In this document: positions 29,952 through 39,894 of the stretch, piece after piece
How the letters are laid out: each line of letters starts with the position of its first letter
Numbering within the stretch: position 1 is the first letter of the stretch
Assembly (NCBI GenBank): GCA_011364985.1
Contig: RDOC01000002.1
Span: forward strand, 123,538 to 187,537
Direction of reading: 5' to 3'
Origin: Candidatus Thorarchaeota archaeon
GTDB taxonomy: Archaea; Asgardarchaeota; Thorarchaeia; Thorarchaeales; Thorarchaeaceae
DNA: 64,000 bases
Notes under the pieces: model-generated
Told to the model about the DNA's origin: nothing
What the model saw: the letters and a program-made list of their open reading frames with translations, nothing else
Database searches by the model: none
Made by a program: the position numbers and the translations under genes

Positions 29952-31065
29952 CTTTGTCGTTCTCGAACATATTCCGGAGTTTCGGATATCGTTTCGGTTT
30001 TGATAGTACATCAGTAGAGTTGACAAATTGATCCACCCCCCCGAGAAACTTTGGAAGTGACAGGACTTTTTCATCTTGAATTGTTTCATAGATTGCATCC
30101 GCAAACTTGTCTGCTTGAATAATTAAGAAGGGTCGATTGTGAAAATTGGACACCTTGGTTTCCATAGGCTTTGTGATACCAAGGTCATTGTGCATCCCAA
30201 CAACCACTTCGTATGCTTCTGTCAGTCGTTTCTCTCGTTCTCTCCATGAAGTTGCTTCAAACACACGTTCAAGGATTGGTGTCAAAACACCTGCAATCCT
30301 AAGCTGCGAAAAAGCTGTTCCAAACCATTTGATATATGGTGCATACTGCTTCTCCATCAAGAAACAAAGCTTCATGATGTCGTATACCAGTCTAGAACCA
30401 ACAACACGAGAGCCTAACTCATCTCCTACCTGCCCGCACCGTCCCATGAAGGCTTCTTCTTGAGCAATCCGCCGCCATTGAGTTGACAAGAGATACAGCC
30501 ACACGTCATTAGGATAGTATGACAGTTTCCCAAGAATAGATTGCAATTTTTCGAGTCCATCATGGAAAATTCGGCCACTTACAATGCTTTGTAATCGTTG
30601 TTCAGGAAGCACAACCCAATCTATTGGATTCATCTTCTCAAGTGGATTTACAGTAAGATATCTCTCAAAGAAATCCCTGATTGTAACTATCTCGGCTCTA
30701 TGATTGAGCGGTCTATCATCAGAGAGCTGCATAACAATAGTACCATCATCATGGTAGCCAAAGTTTATCGGGAAACCACGAATCTCAGTGGGTAAGTTGT
30801 GACCGAGAAAACTGTCTAGAGATTCGTGGTATTTATCATAGTTCTTCTCCCCAAGAAAAATCAATACCTTTGGTCCCCAATCGTGATCCATAGACTGCTC
30901 TGTGTCAAAACCTAGTACATCCGACCCAGAACCCAAATGACCTGCTGAGTATACAAGATTCGGAAACTCTGACTCTAGGAGCGGTTTAACAGCTTCCTCG
31001 TAGAAAACATGGCTAAGGTCTAGTCCTTTCATAAACCGGTCAGCTGAAGGATATTCTGGACTCAT
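29941..31065 (-). CDS. DUF4037-like (nucleotidyltransferase-fold) protein
   Basis: The GSGSDVLGFDTEQSMDHDWGPK motif is characteristic of this family. The assignment is from memory. Confidence 0.55.
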   Translation of the reverse strand: MSPEYPSADRFMKGLDLSHVFYEEAVKPLLESEFPNLVYSAGHLGSGSDVLGFDTEQSMDHDWGPKVLIFLGEKNYDKYHESLDSFLGHNLPTEIRGFPINFGYHDDGTIVMQLSDDRPLNHRAEIVTIRDFFERYLTVNPLEKMNPIDWVVLPEQRLQSIVSGRIFHDGLEKLQSILGKLSYYPNDVWLYLLSTQWRRIAQEEAFMGRCGQVGDELGSRVVGSRLVYDIMKLCFLMEKQYAPYIKWFGTAFSQLRIAGVLTPILERVFEATSWREREKRLTEAYEVVVGMHNDLGITKPMETKVSNFHNRPFLIIQADKFADAIYETIQDEKVLSLPKFLGGVDQFVNSTDVLSKPKRYPKLRNMFENDKVTS

Positions 31066-31089
31066 ACTTGATTCCCCACAGAAGGAGAG

Positions 31090-31167
31090 TGGCGGGCCCG
31101 CCCGGATTCGAACCGGGGATTACTAACTTAGGAGGCTAGTGCCCTATCCAGGCTAGGCCACGGGCCC
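31090..31167 (-). tRNA. tRNA-Arg(CCT), intron-less; CCA encoded
   Basis: Minus strand GGGCCCG...CTAGC-CTCCTAA-GTTAG...CCGGG-TTCGAAT-CCGGG?CGGGCCC-G-CCA. Standard 78-nt cloverleaf. Confidence 0.85.
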
Positions 31168-31208
31168 TTGAAATTAACCAAGCTATTATTTTGTTGTTAA
31201 AGCTTTTG

Positions 31209-32486
31209 TCATTCTGCAATCTTTGCAGTAATCCTTGCACCTTCTTCGAGAGCATCTACAAGAGAGCTTCCTTGACGTGTCTTTATCCGAATAGAACTCT
31301 CTCCGTTTCGGCCAATCACAGTAGTGAGAAGATACATATCATCTGCAAATATTTCTACTCGTTGCTTTGCATACTTCCGACCTGCATATAGTGTGACTTT
31401 CTTCTTACTGTAACTGACCGACACTGGAACTGATTCCCCAGGTTTACCACGTCTTTCTTGTTCTCTTCTGAATGAAACGGCACCAGTTCCCCGGACCGGA
31501 ACTACAACTTTTTCGCCGCCAAATGAGAACATCTCGAACTCCAATGCACCTCTCTCAAAATCTCTTACTTCCACTACTGGTCGTGCCAAGTCTCGCTGCG
31601 TACCACCAAAACCTGTTGGCAGTCTCACCTTTAGTGAGAGTGAAGAAACCTTTGCCACTCTTCCATCTTCAATATGAACCACTGTGTCAACAGTGCTAGG
31701 AATTTGCCCAAGCTCAACTCGTCCTCCAAGGATGAGTCTTTGAAGCGCATCAATTGCTGAGCCCGCATGTACGACTCCTACCATGCCTACCCCTGCTGAT
31801 CTAAGGTCTGAATAGGCTTGGAAGTCTGCATTTTTTCTCAGCTCATCATAAACAACATAGTCCGGACGAACAAGAAGTAAAACATCCGCAGCTTTTTCCA
31901 TACTATTATCAAGAGGTGCATACTGCACAATACTTTCCTCGACTTGAAGGTCACGAGGCTGTTCCAAGGTCTTCACTACATTGCCTTTCCTACTATAAAA
32001 CTCGGCAAGCGCAGCAGCAAAGGTACTCTTACCAGAGCCAGGCGAACCTGAGATTAGTATTCCTTCTGCTCTACTCTCAAGTCTATTCATCAGTTTCTCG
32101 CCAAGCCCGTAGTCCTCAAGATTTAGCTTGACAATTGGCCGAATAGCTGAAATCTCCATCTTGTCCGCAAAGGGGCGCATTGCAATTGCAATTCTTAGGT
32201 TCCGAAGCTGAACCACAGAAGCGCCATCCTCCTCAATCTCAATGAAAGACTCTGAGTCATATCGTGCCGTTTCAAGAATTGCTTCAGCAATTGCATTAAG
32301 TTCCTCATAGGTGAGAATTCTATCTGATAAATCAACAAGTTCCCAGTTGCCAGGTTGTCCTCTCTTTGCCCTTGGTGGATTTTTCTCAATCAGATGAACA
32401 CTCATCGTATGTTCGTCGAAGAAGGCCTCTAGTTTGGAAATATACTCGCTGTACCCCTCATATATTCCATCATCATTTTTCCGCAT
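31209..32486 (-). CDS. PilT/PhoH-like ATPase (COG1855-type), probably co-transcribed with endA
   Basis: Walker A SGSPGSGKST and Walker B VVYDELR. I prefer the ATG at about 32486 (MRKNDDG) over the listed upstream start, which runs into endA. Confidence 0.65.
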   Translation of the reverse strand: MRKNDDGIYEGYSEYISKLEAFFDEHTMSVHLIEKNPPRAKRGQPGNWELVDLSDRILTYEELNAIAEAILETARYDSESFIEIEEDGASVVQLRNLRIAIAMRPFADKMEISAIRPIVKLNLEDYGLGEKLMNRLESRAEGILISGSPGSGKSTFAAALAEFYSRKGNVVKTLEQPRDLQVEESIVQYAPLDNSMEKAADVLLLVRPDYVVYDELRKNADFQAYSDLRSAGVGMVGVVHAGSAIDALQRLILGGRVELGQIPSTVDTVVHIEDGRVAKVSSLSLKVRLPTGFGGTQRDLARPVVEVRDFERGALEFEMFSFGGEKVVVPVRGTGAVSFRREQERRGKPGESVPVSVSYSKKKVTLYAGRKYAKQRVEIFADDMYLLTTVIGRNGESSIRIKTRQGSSLVDALEEGARITAKIAE

Positions 32487-33114
32487 TTGTTTCAACTCCA
32501 ATCTTGGGCAATGTAGCTTGTGATACCTTGTAGTAATTGACCTCGCCATTCTGGTCGACAAGGGCAAAAACCAATTTCTTTCTTGACGCCAAGGCTGTTT
32601 CAGTAATCAAGTCCAAATCGGTAAGGGATATTGCTTCATCTTCTTTTAGAACATATATCAACTGGTTGGCACTGGCAGCTCCGGGGCGTTCCCCACGTGC
32701 ATATACGCGGAATCCAATCACATCCCCGAATCCTTGTCGGACGGCATACCCACGACTTCTCAGGTCTCTGAAAACCAAGTAGTTCACCCAAAGTCTTGGA
32801 TTCAAATCTTGAAGTTGATTCACAATATCCTTTGCAGTCACTGATTCTCCTGATTTTGATGTCACAACAACTCGTTTTCTTTCGATAAGATGAAGAAGTT
32901 CTACGGGTTCCAGTTCCAATCTGCCATCTTTAAGACGAGTACCATAGAAGCCCTGTTGCGAAATCCTATCAGCATCATCGCTAATCACATACCCTTTCCC
33001 ATTTTCGAAGACCGTAGTTGCAGGCTCTTCTTCTAGTTCAATTTCCTCTATGAAATCGTCTTCAGAATCTTCCAAATCGACCGGCTCAAAACCAGTGCCA
33101 TTTTTGTCCGACAA
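32473..33114 (-). CDS. endA: tRNA-splicing endonuclease homolog (catalytic His position substituted)
   Basis: YLVFRDLRSRGYAVRQG...FRVYARG...SRKKLVFALVD...VNYYKV aligns with M. jannaschii EndA (YLVYKDLRTRGYIVKTG...FRLYERG...VRKKLLIAIVD...IVYYNM). It has an acidic N-terminal extension. Confidence 0.8.
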   Translation of the reverse strand: MSDKNGTGFEPVDLEDSEDDFIEEIELEEEPATTVFENGKGYVISDDADRISQQGFYGTRLKDGRLELEPVELLHLIERKRVVVTSKSGESVTAKDIVNQLQDLNPRLWVNYLVFRDLRSRGYAVRQGFGDVIGFRVYARGERPGAASANQLIYVLKEDEAISLTDLDLITETALASRKKLVFALVDQNGEVNYYKVSQATLPKIGVETNAEK

Positions 33115-33212
33115 CTTCTTTCTCCTGCTTCATGTAGTCAATTCGCTATTGTGAAAAATCCTTCGACAGAACCAATGGCAAGAACTATACGCGACATAGG
33201 AGTTGCAGACCT

Positions 33213-33713
33213 GTGAACGAACAAAGACTCAAAGAAGAACTAAGGCTTTTCATCTCAGGCGCAAAGAGAATAGCCATTCTTGGGATTGGGAATGACTTGC
33301 GAACAGATGATGGCCTTGGGCCATACGTAATCAATTCGCTCAAAACAAATCACCAAGATATTCTGATAGAGAATGTAGGTTCGGTACCTGAGGGTTTTGC
33401 GCGACCCTTAGCCGAATTTGGTGCTGAAAGGATAATAATGATTGATGCTGCTGATATGCGAAAACCACCTGGCCATGTCGAGCTGGTGACAAAGAATCGA
33501 ATTGGCGGAATTGCACTAAGCACACATAGCATGCCTCTTTCTATGCTCATGTACTATCTTGAACAACAGACCAAAGGTGTTACAATCCTTTTGGGAGTCC
33601 AACCAGCGAGTATTTTGTTCGGAGAAGGCCTGACCCCCGAGATTCAAAAGGTAGCTAAGAAGATTATTAGCACCCTAGACTCTTTGCTTGTTGACCACTT
33701 GGGAGGAAAATAG
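33213..33713 (+). CDS. hycI: hydrogenase maturation endopeptidase (HycI/FrhD-like)
   Basis: ILGIGNDLRTDDGLG, IDAADM and THSMPL motifs. Confidence 0.75.
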   Translation: MNEQRLKEELRLFISGAKRIAILGIGNDLRTDDGLGPYVINSLKTNHQDILIENVGSVPEGFARPLAEFGAERIIMIDAADMRKPPGHVELVTKNRIGGIALSTHSMPLSMLMYYLEQQTKGVTILLGVQPASILFGEGLTPEIQKVAKKIISTLDSLLVDHLGGK

Positions 33714-33714
33714 A

Positions 33715-34749
33715 ATGTTCAGGACCATTGAATGGCTCGATGATAACACTGTACGATTCGTGGATCAGACAAAACTTCCTCTTGTGACGGAACACATCAC
33801 AACATCTAGTTACGAACGGATTGCTGAAGCAATTAGAATCATGGAGGTTCGTGGAGCCCCTGCAATTGGTGCAGCTGCAGGCATGGGAATGGCGCTAGCT
33901 GCACTTGAGAATGAGGCACATGCAAAGAACCAGCTAGTCGAGTTTCTTGAACAGGCTGCAATCACATTGAATACTAGACCTACTGCTGTAAACCTCACAT
34001 GGGCAACAAAACGTATGCTTGATGTTGCAAAGGAAACCGAAGGCAATGCAGATCAGGTTACTCAAAGGCTGATTGAAGAGGCAAAAGAGATTGCTGAAGA
34101 AGATGTGCGAATGTGCAGAGCAATTGGAGAAAATGCTCTTTCTTTGATAAAGCCCGGTTTCGCAATTCAGACAATATGTAATGCAGGTTCTTTGGCTACT
34201 GTTCACCTAGGCACAGTAGGAGCCGTGATTCGTATAGCTCATCAGGAATATGGTGGAAGTATCAAGGTCTATGCCGCTGAAACTAGACCTCGCCAGCAGG
34301 GCGCTCGGCTAACGGTCTTTGAGTTCATGGCCGATAATATAGATACTACGCTAATCACAGATGGAATGATAGGAACGGTGTTCAAAGAGGGACGTGTTGA
34401 CTGCTGTGTGGTCGGCTCTGACAGAATCTTCCGAACTGGACACATAACCAACAAGATTGGAACCTATACGATGGCAATAGCTGCAAGATATCACAACATT
34501 CCATTCTATGCTGCAGCTCCTATATCAACAATTGATTGGGAAACTAATCCTAAAGATGTAGTGATTGAGGAACGAAATCCAGATGAGATTCGAATGATTA
34601 ATGGCGAGTATATCACAGTCCCTGATGCAAAGGTCTACAACCCCGCTTTTGACACAACTCCACCAGAGCTCATCACAGCAATAATCACTGATCGAGGTAT
34701 TGTTGAACACCCAAATGAAGAAAAAATGCTGAAGCTGAAAGACCAATAA
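33715..34749 (+). CDS. mtnA: methylthioribose-1-phosphate isomerase / eIF-2B alpha-beta-delta family
   Basis: MFRTIEW...VRFVDQTKLP and VRGAPAIGAAA motifs. I prefer the ATG at 33715, preceded by GGGAGG, over the listed upstream start. Confidence 0.8.
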   Translation: MFRTIEWLDDNTVRFVDQTKLPLVTEHITTSSYERIAEAIRIMEVRGAPAIGAAAGMGMALAALENEAHAKNQLVEFLEQAAITLNTRPTAVNLTWATKRMLDVAKETEGNADQVTQRLIEEAKEIAEEDVRMCRAIGENALSLIKPGFAIQTICNAGSLATVHLGTVGAVIRIAHQEYGGSIKVYAAETRPRQQGARLTVFEFMADNIDTTLITDGMIGTVFKEGRVDCCVVGSDRIFRTGHITNKIGTYTMAIAARYHNIPFYAAAPISTIDWETNPKDVVIEERNPDEIRMINGEYITVPDAKVYNPAFDTTPPELITAIITDRGIVEHPNEEKMLKLKDQ

Positions 34750-34768
34750 AAGTTGTTGAGTTGATTCT

Positions 34769-35659
34769 GTGAGTACAATTCGGCTTGAATTTGTAACAAC
34801 TCAGGGCAAATCTGGCAGTTTCGAAATCGATTCAGAGGAAACTGTGGCTGATTTCAAAGAAAACGACATCAGGACAATCGATCTAGCTCCTTTGAACACG
34901 TGTTCCAAACTCGAAAGTCTCTCCTTGGCACGTAACAGTATCTCAACTCTAAGTTTCAATCCACTTGCAGGACTCACTTCTCTGAAATGGCTAGATCTTA
35001 GTCACAATCAACTTGAAAGCATAGATTTGGCCCAGTTAGAACCCTACATGGCCTTGGAACGGTTATCGCTCTCATACAATCCTCTAAAACGGGTAGATTT
35101 GTCACCGATAAGTCACTGCACACAGCTTCAAACGTTAAGACTAACTAGCACACAGCTTCAAACTCTTGATCTGAATCCACTAAGGAGCTGTTCCTATCTT
35201 GAACAGCTATCTATAGCCTTCAATGAATTGGAAGAAATAGACCTAAGACCCCTAGCAGACTCTAATCGACTCCAGATTCTATCTATGAATCGAAATCTGT
35301 TGAAAGAAGTTGACCTCTTCCCTCTTGGAAAATGTTCTGCCCTGAGGACGCTCAATCTTGGTGACAACCAGCTTACGCACATAGAGCTGGAACCACTCCG
35401 TACCTGTACGAATCTCCTTTCTCTTATCCTGAACAAAAACAAATTAAAATCCATCAATCTGGAACCAATTGGCTCACATAGAAGTCTAAAGGGACTCGAC
35501 TTGAGCATGAATCAGCTAAAAACGATCAATCTTGTACATCTGCAATATTGCAGCGAGATGCAAGAAATCAAGCTTTATGACAATCCTCTTGAACACATTA
35601 TCAAACCAGATTCTCAACGCTCTAGGTCACTTTTAGAAGATCTCTCAAGATCCAAATAG
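34769..35659 (+). CDS. leucine-rich repeat protein
   Basis: About 11 consecutive 22-24-aa LxxLxLxxNxLxxIDLxPL repeats and no other domain. Confidence 0.8.
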   Translation: MSTIRLEFVTTQGKSGSFEIDSEETVADFKENDIRTIDLAPLNTCSKLESLSLARNSISTLSFNPLAGLTSLKWLDLSHNQLESIDLAQLEPYMALERLSLSYNPLKRVDLSPISHCTQLQTLRLTSTQLQTLDLNPLRSCSYLEQLSIAFNELEEIDLRPLADSNRLQILSMNRNLLKEVDLFPLGKCSALRTLNLGDNQLTHIELEPLRTCTNLLSLILNKNKLKSINLEPIGSHRSLKGLDLSMNQLKTINLVHLQYCSEMQEIKLYDNPLEHIIKPDSQRSRSLLEDLSRSK

Positions 35660-35705
35660 CATCATCATGGAAGGCCTTAAGAACAGATTAACATCCGAAT
35701 TCTTG

Positions 35706-35783
35706 GGGCGCGTAGTCTAGCATGGATAAGGCGCCAGCCTTCGAAGTTGGAGGCCCCAGGTTCGAATCCTGGCGCGCCCGCCA
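35706..35783 (+). tRNA. tRNA-Arg(TCG), intron-less; CCA encoded
   Basis: GGGCGCG...CCAGC-CTTCGAA-GTTGG...CCAGG-TTCGAAT-CCTGG-CGCGCCC-G-CCA. Confidence 0.85.
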
Positions 35784-36092
35784 TATCTGTTTCTTCTATT
35801 CCAAACAATCAAATGGACCGGAATCTAGTATCTAGTGATGTGACCATGCGAAGAATACACATTGCTTGAGAATATGCTTGTTCTTATCATTCCGTATATA
35901 TTTTCATGTTAGTCGTCTATTTCTTGGTAAAACCATTTCTCAAACGAAAAATAACAGAGAAGATCGCTAATTCTGATTCCACTAGCAAAGAAGAAAACGA
36001 CGAATAATGGTAAACCGCTTCTCATTTTGGTATCAAACAAGGCATTCTGAAATCAAATTGATGAATCCAGTACCTTCTCCCTATTTTGGATA

Positions 36093-36311
36093 TCAATCAG
36101 CACAAATCAAACACAATCCAAGTAGGAATACGAATTCCAGTGGAATAGAGATGTATAGAAATCCAACAGAAGCAATTACCCATATTAGTTCTCCAAATGC
36201 ATCTTCAGGGTAAAAAACATTGACTGTGTAATCAAATAGCCAACCGGTAGCGATGACCCAAGATACGAAGCCGATAACCATTAACAAAAGTCTAACATGA
36301 TACTGCTTCAC
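36093..36311 (-). CDS. small membrane protein (2 TM)
   Basis: 72 aa with two hydrophobic helices. The competing plus-strand ORF looks non-protein-like. Confidence 0.3.
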   Translation of the reverse strand: MKQYHVRLLLMVIGFVSWVIATGWLFDYTVNVFYPEDAFGELIWVIASVGFLYISIPLEFVFLLGLCLICAD

Positions 36312-36373
36312 AAAATTGCACGCAGTTCCATATCATAGTCCTAGTTGACTTTAGACTTTTCATTTTCACAATC

Positions 36374-36679
36374 TCATTTCTTTCCTAGTTTCTTACTCCA
36401 TACTTCTATGAAATACTTGAGTGACCTGTCATAGGTTTTCTCCGCATCTTCTGGAAATAGACAACCGGGCAATTCCTTATGCTTCCAATGATAGTGAATA
36501 CAGTCACAACAATAGCCTTGTCTGGAACATCCTGGATATGTACAGCCACATCGGTCCTTATTTCTTTGAACATTACAAATTCGGCCTGTCATCGCAATCT
36601 CAAGATGTGTTTCAAGTATTACGATAAAACCTGTTTGGTCTGGTCGATAGCCTAATAGACCCCGAAGGGCAATCAGCAA
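36374..36679 (-). CDS. small cysteine-rich protein
   Basis: The pattern C-x8-CGC-x4-C-x6-CCDC-x2-H-x2-W-x-H-x6-C suggests a metal cluster or zinc module. The start is probably the internal MTGRIC. Confidence 0.5.
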   Translation of the reverse strand: MLIALRGLLGYRPDQTGFIVILETHLEIAMTGRICNVQRNKDRCGCTYPGCSRQGYCCDCIHYHWKHKELPGCLFPEDAEKTYDRSLKYFIEVWSKKLGKK

Positions 36680-36684
36680 ACATC

Positions 36685-37467
36685 ATGAATCTCCTAAATG
36701 GATTCAGTATTGACCTAACTGGTATTGATAGTAAGAAGCTAAAGGATTCTCGTTTTGCCACATTTCAATCATTAATGAGAAACGCCTGCGGCCTGGACGT
36801 CGAAATAGAATCCATTGTTCGGTTGAGGAGCAAGAAAAACCTCGTACTTCACATCATCTATACTTCTGCAACAAAACCCGAAACATCCAGTTTAATAGCA
36901 AAGCTATTCGTTGCAGATACTTTTCAGAACGAGCTTGATCGCCTATCCTCAAGCATAGAGAACCGTCTCACAGTACCGAAAGTAATCGCAGCTCAAGGCG
37001 GAGTAATCCTAATGGAATTCATCCAAGGAGAACCCCTGGTCGATAGAATAAACCGGACCTTTGAACCTACAATCGTAGAAACACTAGCCGAATGGTATTA
37101 TAATTATCATCAAATACATAATCACATCAAGGGTGACCCTCGTCTCAGGAATTTCATATGGAATGATGGAATGATTTTTGGTCTTGACTTTGAGGAGTCA
37201 AGAGAAGAGCACTGGATACTTGACATCGCAGGGGTTGCAGCAAGCATACTTGATACGGATCCAATATTTGATGCCAAGAAACGTGCTTTAGCCTGGATTC
37301 TCTTGGACCATTATCTCGGTCTTAGACACATGGAACGGACGTCCAAGGTAGAAAAACTGTTTCTTGAAACAATGGTCGATACGCTTGCCCAGACTGCTGA
37401 ATGGAGAAACGACGATAGAATAATGCAAGTCTCGAATCAAATCAGGCAAGAGGGTCTTGATGTCTGA
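36685..37467 (+). CDS. protein-kinase-like fold protein (Kdo/RIO/APH-type)
   Basis: LMEFIQGEPL hinge-like segment, a catalytic-loop-like GDPRLRNFIW and a DFG-like GLDFEES. Confidence 0.5.
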   Translation: MNLLNGFSIDLTGIDSKKLKDSRFATFQSLMRNACGLDVEIESIVRLRSKKNLVLHIIYTSATKPETSSLIAKLFVADTFQNELDRLSSSIENRLTVPKVIAAQGGVILMEFIQGEPLVDRINRTFEPTIVETLAEWYYNYHQIHNHIKGDPRLRNFIWNDGMIFGLDFEESREEHWILDIAGVAASILDTDPIFDAKKRALAWILLDHYLGLRHMERTSKVEKLFLETMVDTLAQTAEWRNDDRIMQVSNQIRQEGLDV

Positions 37468-37546
37468 TTGGAGCAGAAAACAAAGCCTTCATATTTACGA
37501 ATGGAACGCATCAACACAACGCAAATTCGGAGAGCATTCATAGAAC

Positions 37547-38824
37547 ATGCAGCAAAGACGGATAGCTATCGGAGTGGCAGTTCTCCTAGTTACTGGATTT
37601 GCTGTTCTTGGCATCTCTTACTTCTATCTGGGTTCGGAGAGAGATTCCATTCTAAACTTCTATGTCTTTGGTGATTCTCAAGGTTATCAGGATGGAATTC
37701 ATCAAATTGCAGCCATTTCTGCAATCTATAATCCCGATTTTGTCTTCCACTGCGGAGATCTCACCCCCTTTGGCCAAGAAAGCCAATATAATGCAGTTAT
37801 TGACGCACTTGCAGAATTCACCATACCAGTATACACTACTCCAGGGAATCACGATGTCCGACTGGACGGCGGTACAAGATACCTTGAACACTTCGGACCA
37901 GCACTATATTCCTTTGACCTTGGATCAGCTCACTTTGCAGTATTCAACAGCACAACAGGAGATATTCCCGAAGCTGACATTTCTTGGCTTTCGTCAGATT
38001 TGGAAGCCTCAGATGCAGAGTTCAAGTTTGTATTTTCCCACATTCCACCCTTTGACCCTCGACCAGAGCAAGATCATACGTTTTCCAACTTAACGACAGC
38101 ATCAAGGTTGATGACCATATTTCAGGAAACGAATGTGACCACAGTCTTTTCAGGACATGTTCATATCTTTAACGAGAGCGTTGTTCAAGGTGTCCGTTAT
38201 GTAATAACAGGCGGGGCAGGTGCAAGCCTCTATGCGAGCCCAGAAAATGGCGGCTATTACCACTTCGTAAATGTGACCTTGACAGAGTCCGAATTGCTTA
38301 TCGAACCTGTGCTGTTAGATGCTCCTTCTCTCCAGCGCAATATGGTTGAAATCAGAAACCAAGACGAGAGCTTAACGCTCACGTTAGATGATCTATTAGT
38401 GCTTTCAGACTTGGAAGGCTTCTCATCCTTCCAAAATCAATTCGACAATTGGCGAGGGCAAGGAACATACCGTGGAGTTCTGATTGCAGACCTTCTCAAG
38501 TTCGTGGGTGGAATGCAGGAAACTGATATACTACGAGTCACCGCAAATGATGGATATCAATACGAATTCTGCTATTCTAATGTCTATCCAAACAGCTCAT
38601 GGCATGACATTCAGGGTGATATGATACTTGCATATTCCTTCAACGAGACACTTGTTCCCGATTGGACTGACGGAATGCGATTGGTAATGCTTGTCCCAGA
38701 CGGAGGCTATAGCAATGAAGACCTGCGGCTCACATCTGCCCCTGGAATGGGCTATTACATCTATGAATCTGCAGGCGCAAGCTGGGTTCGTTATGTTTCA
38801 AATATCGAGGTGATTCAGCAGTGA
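37547..38824 (+). CDS. membrane-anchored metallophosphoesterase with C-terminal SUOX-fold-like domain
   Basis: N-terminal TM helix and calcineurin-like motifs (GDSQG, CGDLT, GNHD, SHIPP, GHVH). The C-terminal 140 aa carry YRGVLIADLL...RVTANDGY...WVRYVSNIEV. Confidence 0.7.
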   Translation: MQQRRIAIGVAVLLVTGFAVLGISYFYLGSERDSILNFYVFGDSQGYQDGIHQIAAISAIYNPDFVFHCGDLTPFGQESQYNAVIDALAEFTIPVYTTPGNHDVRLDGGTRYLEHFGPALYSFDLGSAHFAVFNSTTGDIPEADISWLSSDLEASDAEFKFVFSHIPPFDPRPEQDHTFSNLTTASRLMTIFQETNVTTVFSGHVHIFNESVVQGVRYVITGGAGASLYASPENGGYYHFVNVTLTESELLIEPVLLDAPSLQRNMVEIRNQDESLTLTLDDLLVLSDLEGFSSFQNQFDNWRGQGTYRGVLIADLLKFVGGMQETDILRVTANDGYQYEFCYSNVYPNSSWHDIQGDMILAYSFNETLVPDWTDGMRLVMLVPDGGYSNEDLRLTSAPGMGYYIYESAGASWVRYVSNIEVIQQ

Positions 38825-39885
38825 ATGCATCAAATAACACTGCAATCACAACCCGCGATATTGTCACAATCGCAATGCTGAGTTCTTTGGGCGGCGCACT
38901 TAGCACATTCGTAGGCTACCTTGGCAATCTCATCAACTTGTCCTTGGGAATCCCCTTTGGAGCCGGTCAATTCATGGCTGGTCTTCACGTGTTTTGGATT
39001 GTACTTATGAGAGTCCTAGTTCCGAAGACCGGTGTTGGATTAGCAGGTGGTGCACTGAAGGGTCTTGTGGAGCTATTTACTGGGAGCACTCACGGAATTG
39101 TCATAGTACTGGTTTCACTTATTCAAGGACTAATCATTGATGTGGGGGCTTCAAGTTTTAGGGAGTTGAATGGAGTCTCAGTTTCATCTCAAATCGTATG
39201 GTGGGTGACTGCAGGGTTCTCTTCTGCCTCAAATGTCCTAGTATTTCAAGCCCTTTACTTCACCGGCGCTCCAATAGTGTACATAGCCGTCATGACAATC
39301 TTGGCTTTTTGCTCAGGAGTAATATTTGCAGGCTACTTTGCTTGGGAAACATTGGAATTTCTGAACGAAATCGAAATAATTCCAGCTAATATCAGTAGCA
39401 GAGAACCTTCTGCAACGCCTAGAAGAAAGTTGATAGTGCGAAACTTTCCAGCGGTAGCATTTCTTACATTTATCATTGTAGGCTCTGTCTACTTCACAGT
39501 ATTCGTTGCAGTAATGCAGACTGACCCATATTCTTGCGAAGTCACTGGACTTGTTGAGAACCCCTATACCTATCATCAATCAAACTTTGTGGGACAGGAA
39601 GTGACAATAGAAGCAGAACTCATTGGCGCATATACCCATCTCGACCCAGCTAATTACACAGGAATCCTTCTAGGTACAATCCTGAATTATGCCAATCCAA
39701 ATTCAGGAGCCACAACGCTCAGGGTGAGTGCCCGGGATGGCTACACCGTCTTGTTTGACTTTGACTCAGTGGTGTGTGATAATAGAATGCTTCTGACCGA
39801 GAGCGAAGATGGGCTCTGGCTAATTGCAGGTGACTATGATGGAGCATTATGGGTGAGATGGGTTACCGTTCTAGAAGTATTCTAG
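38821..39885 (+). CDS. putative ECF-transporter S component fused to a SUOX-fold-like domain
   Basis: About 220 aa with 6 TM helices (S-component-like). The C-terminal domain YTGILLGTIL...RVSARDGY...WVRWVTVLEV is paralogous to the upstream gene's C-terminus. It overlaps the upstream gene by 4 nt. Confidence 0.55.
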   Translation: MNASNNTAITTRDIVTIAMLSSLGGALSTFVGYLGNLINLSLGIPFGAGQFMAGLHVFWIVLMRVLVPKTGVGLAGGALKGLVELFTGSTHGIVIVLVSLIQGLIIDVGASSFRELNGVSVSSQIVWWVTAGFSSASNVLVFQALYFTGAPIVYIAVMTILAFCSGVIFAGYFAWETLEFLNEIEIIPANISSREPSATPRRKLIVRNFPAVAFLTFIIVGSVYFTVFVAVMQTDPYSCEVTGLVENPYTYHQSNFVGQEVTIEAELIGAYTHLDPANYTGILLGTILNYANPNSGATTLRVSARDGYTVLFDFDSVVCDNRMLLTESEDGLWLIAGDYDGALWVRWVTVLEVF

Positions 39886-39894
39886 GTGTGATAG

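Noticed and set aside
37468-38093. The ORFs 37468..37674 and 37662..38093 overlapping the metallophosphoesterase gene.
   Set aside because: They lie in alternative frames of a gene with all five calcineurin-like motifs, and their translations are not protein-like.
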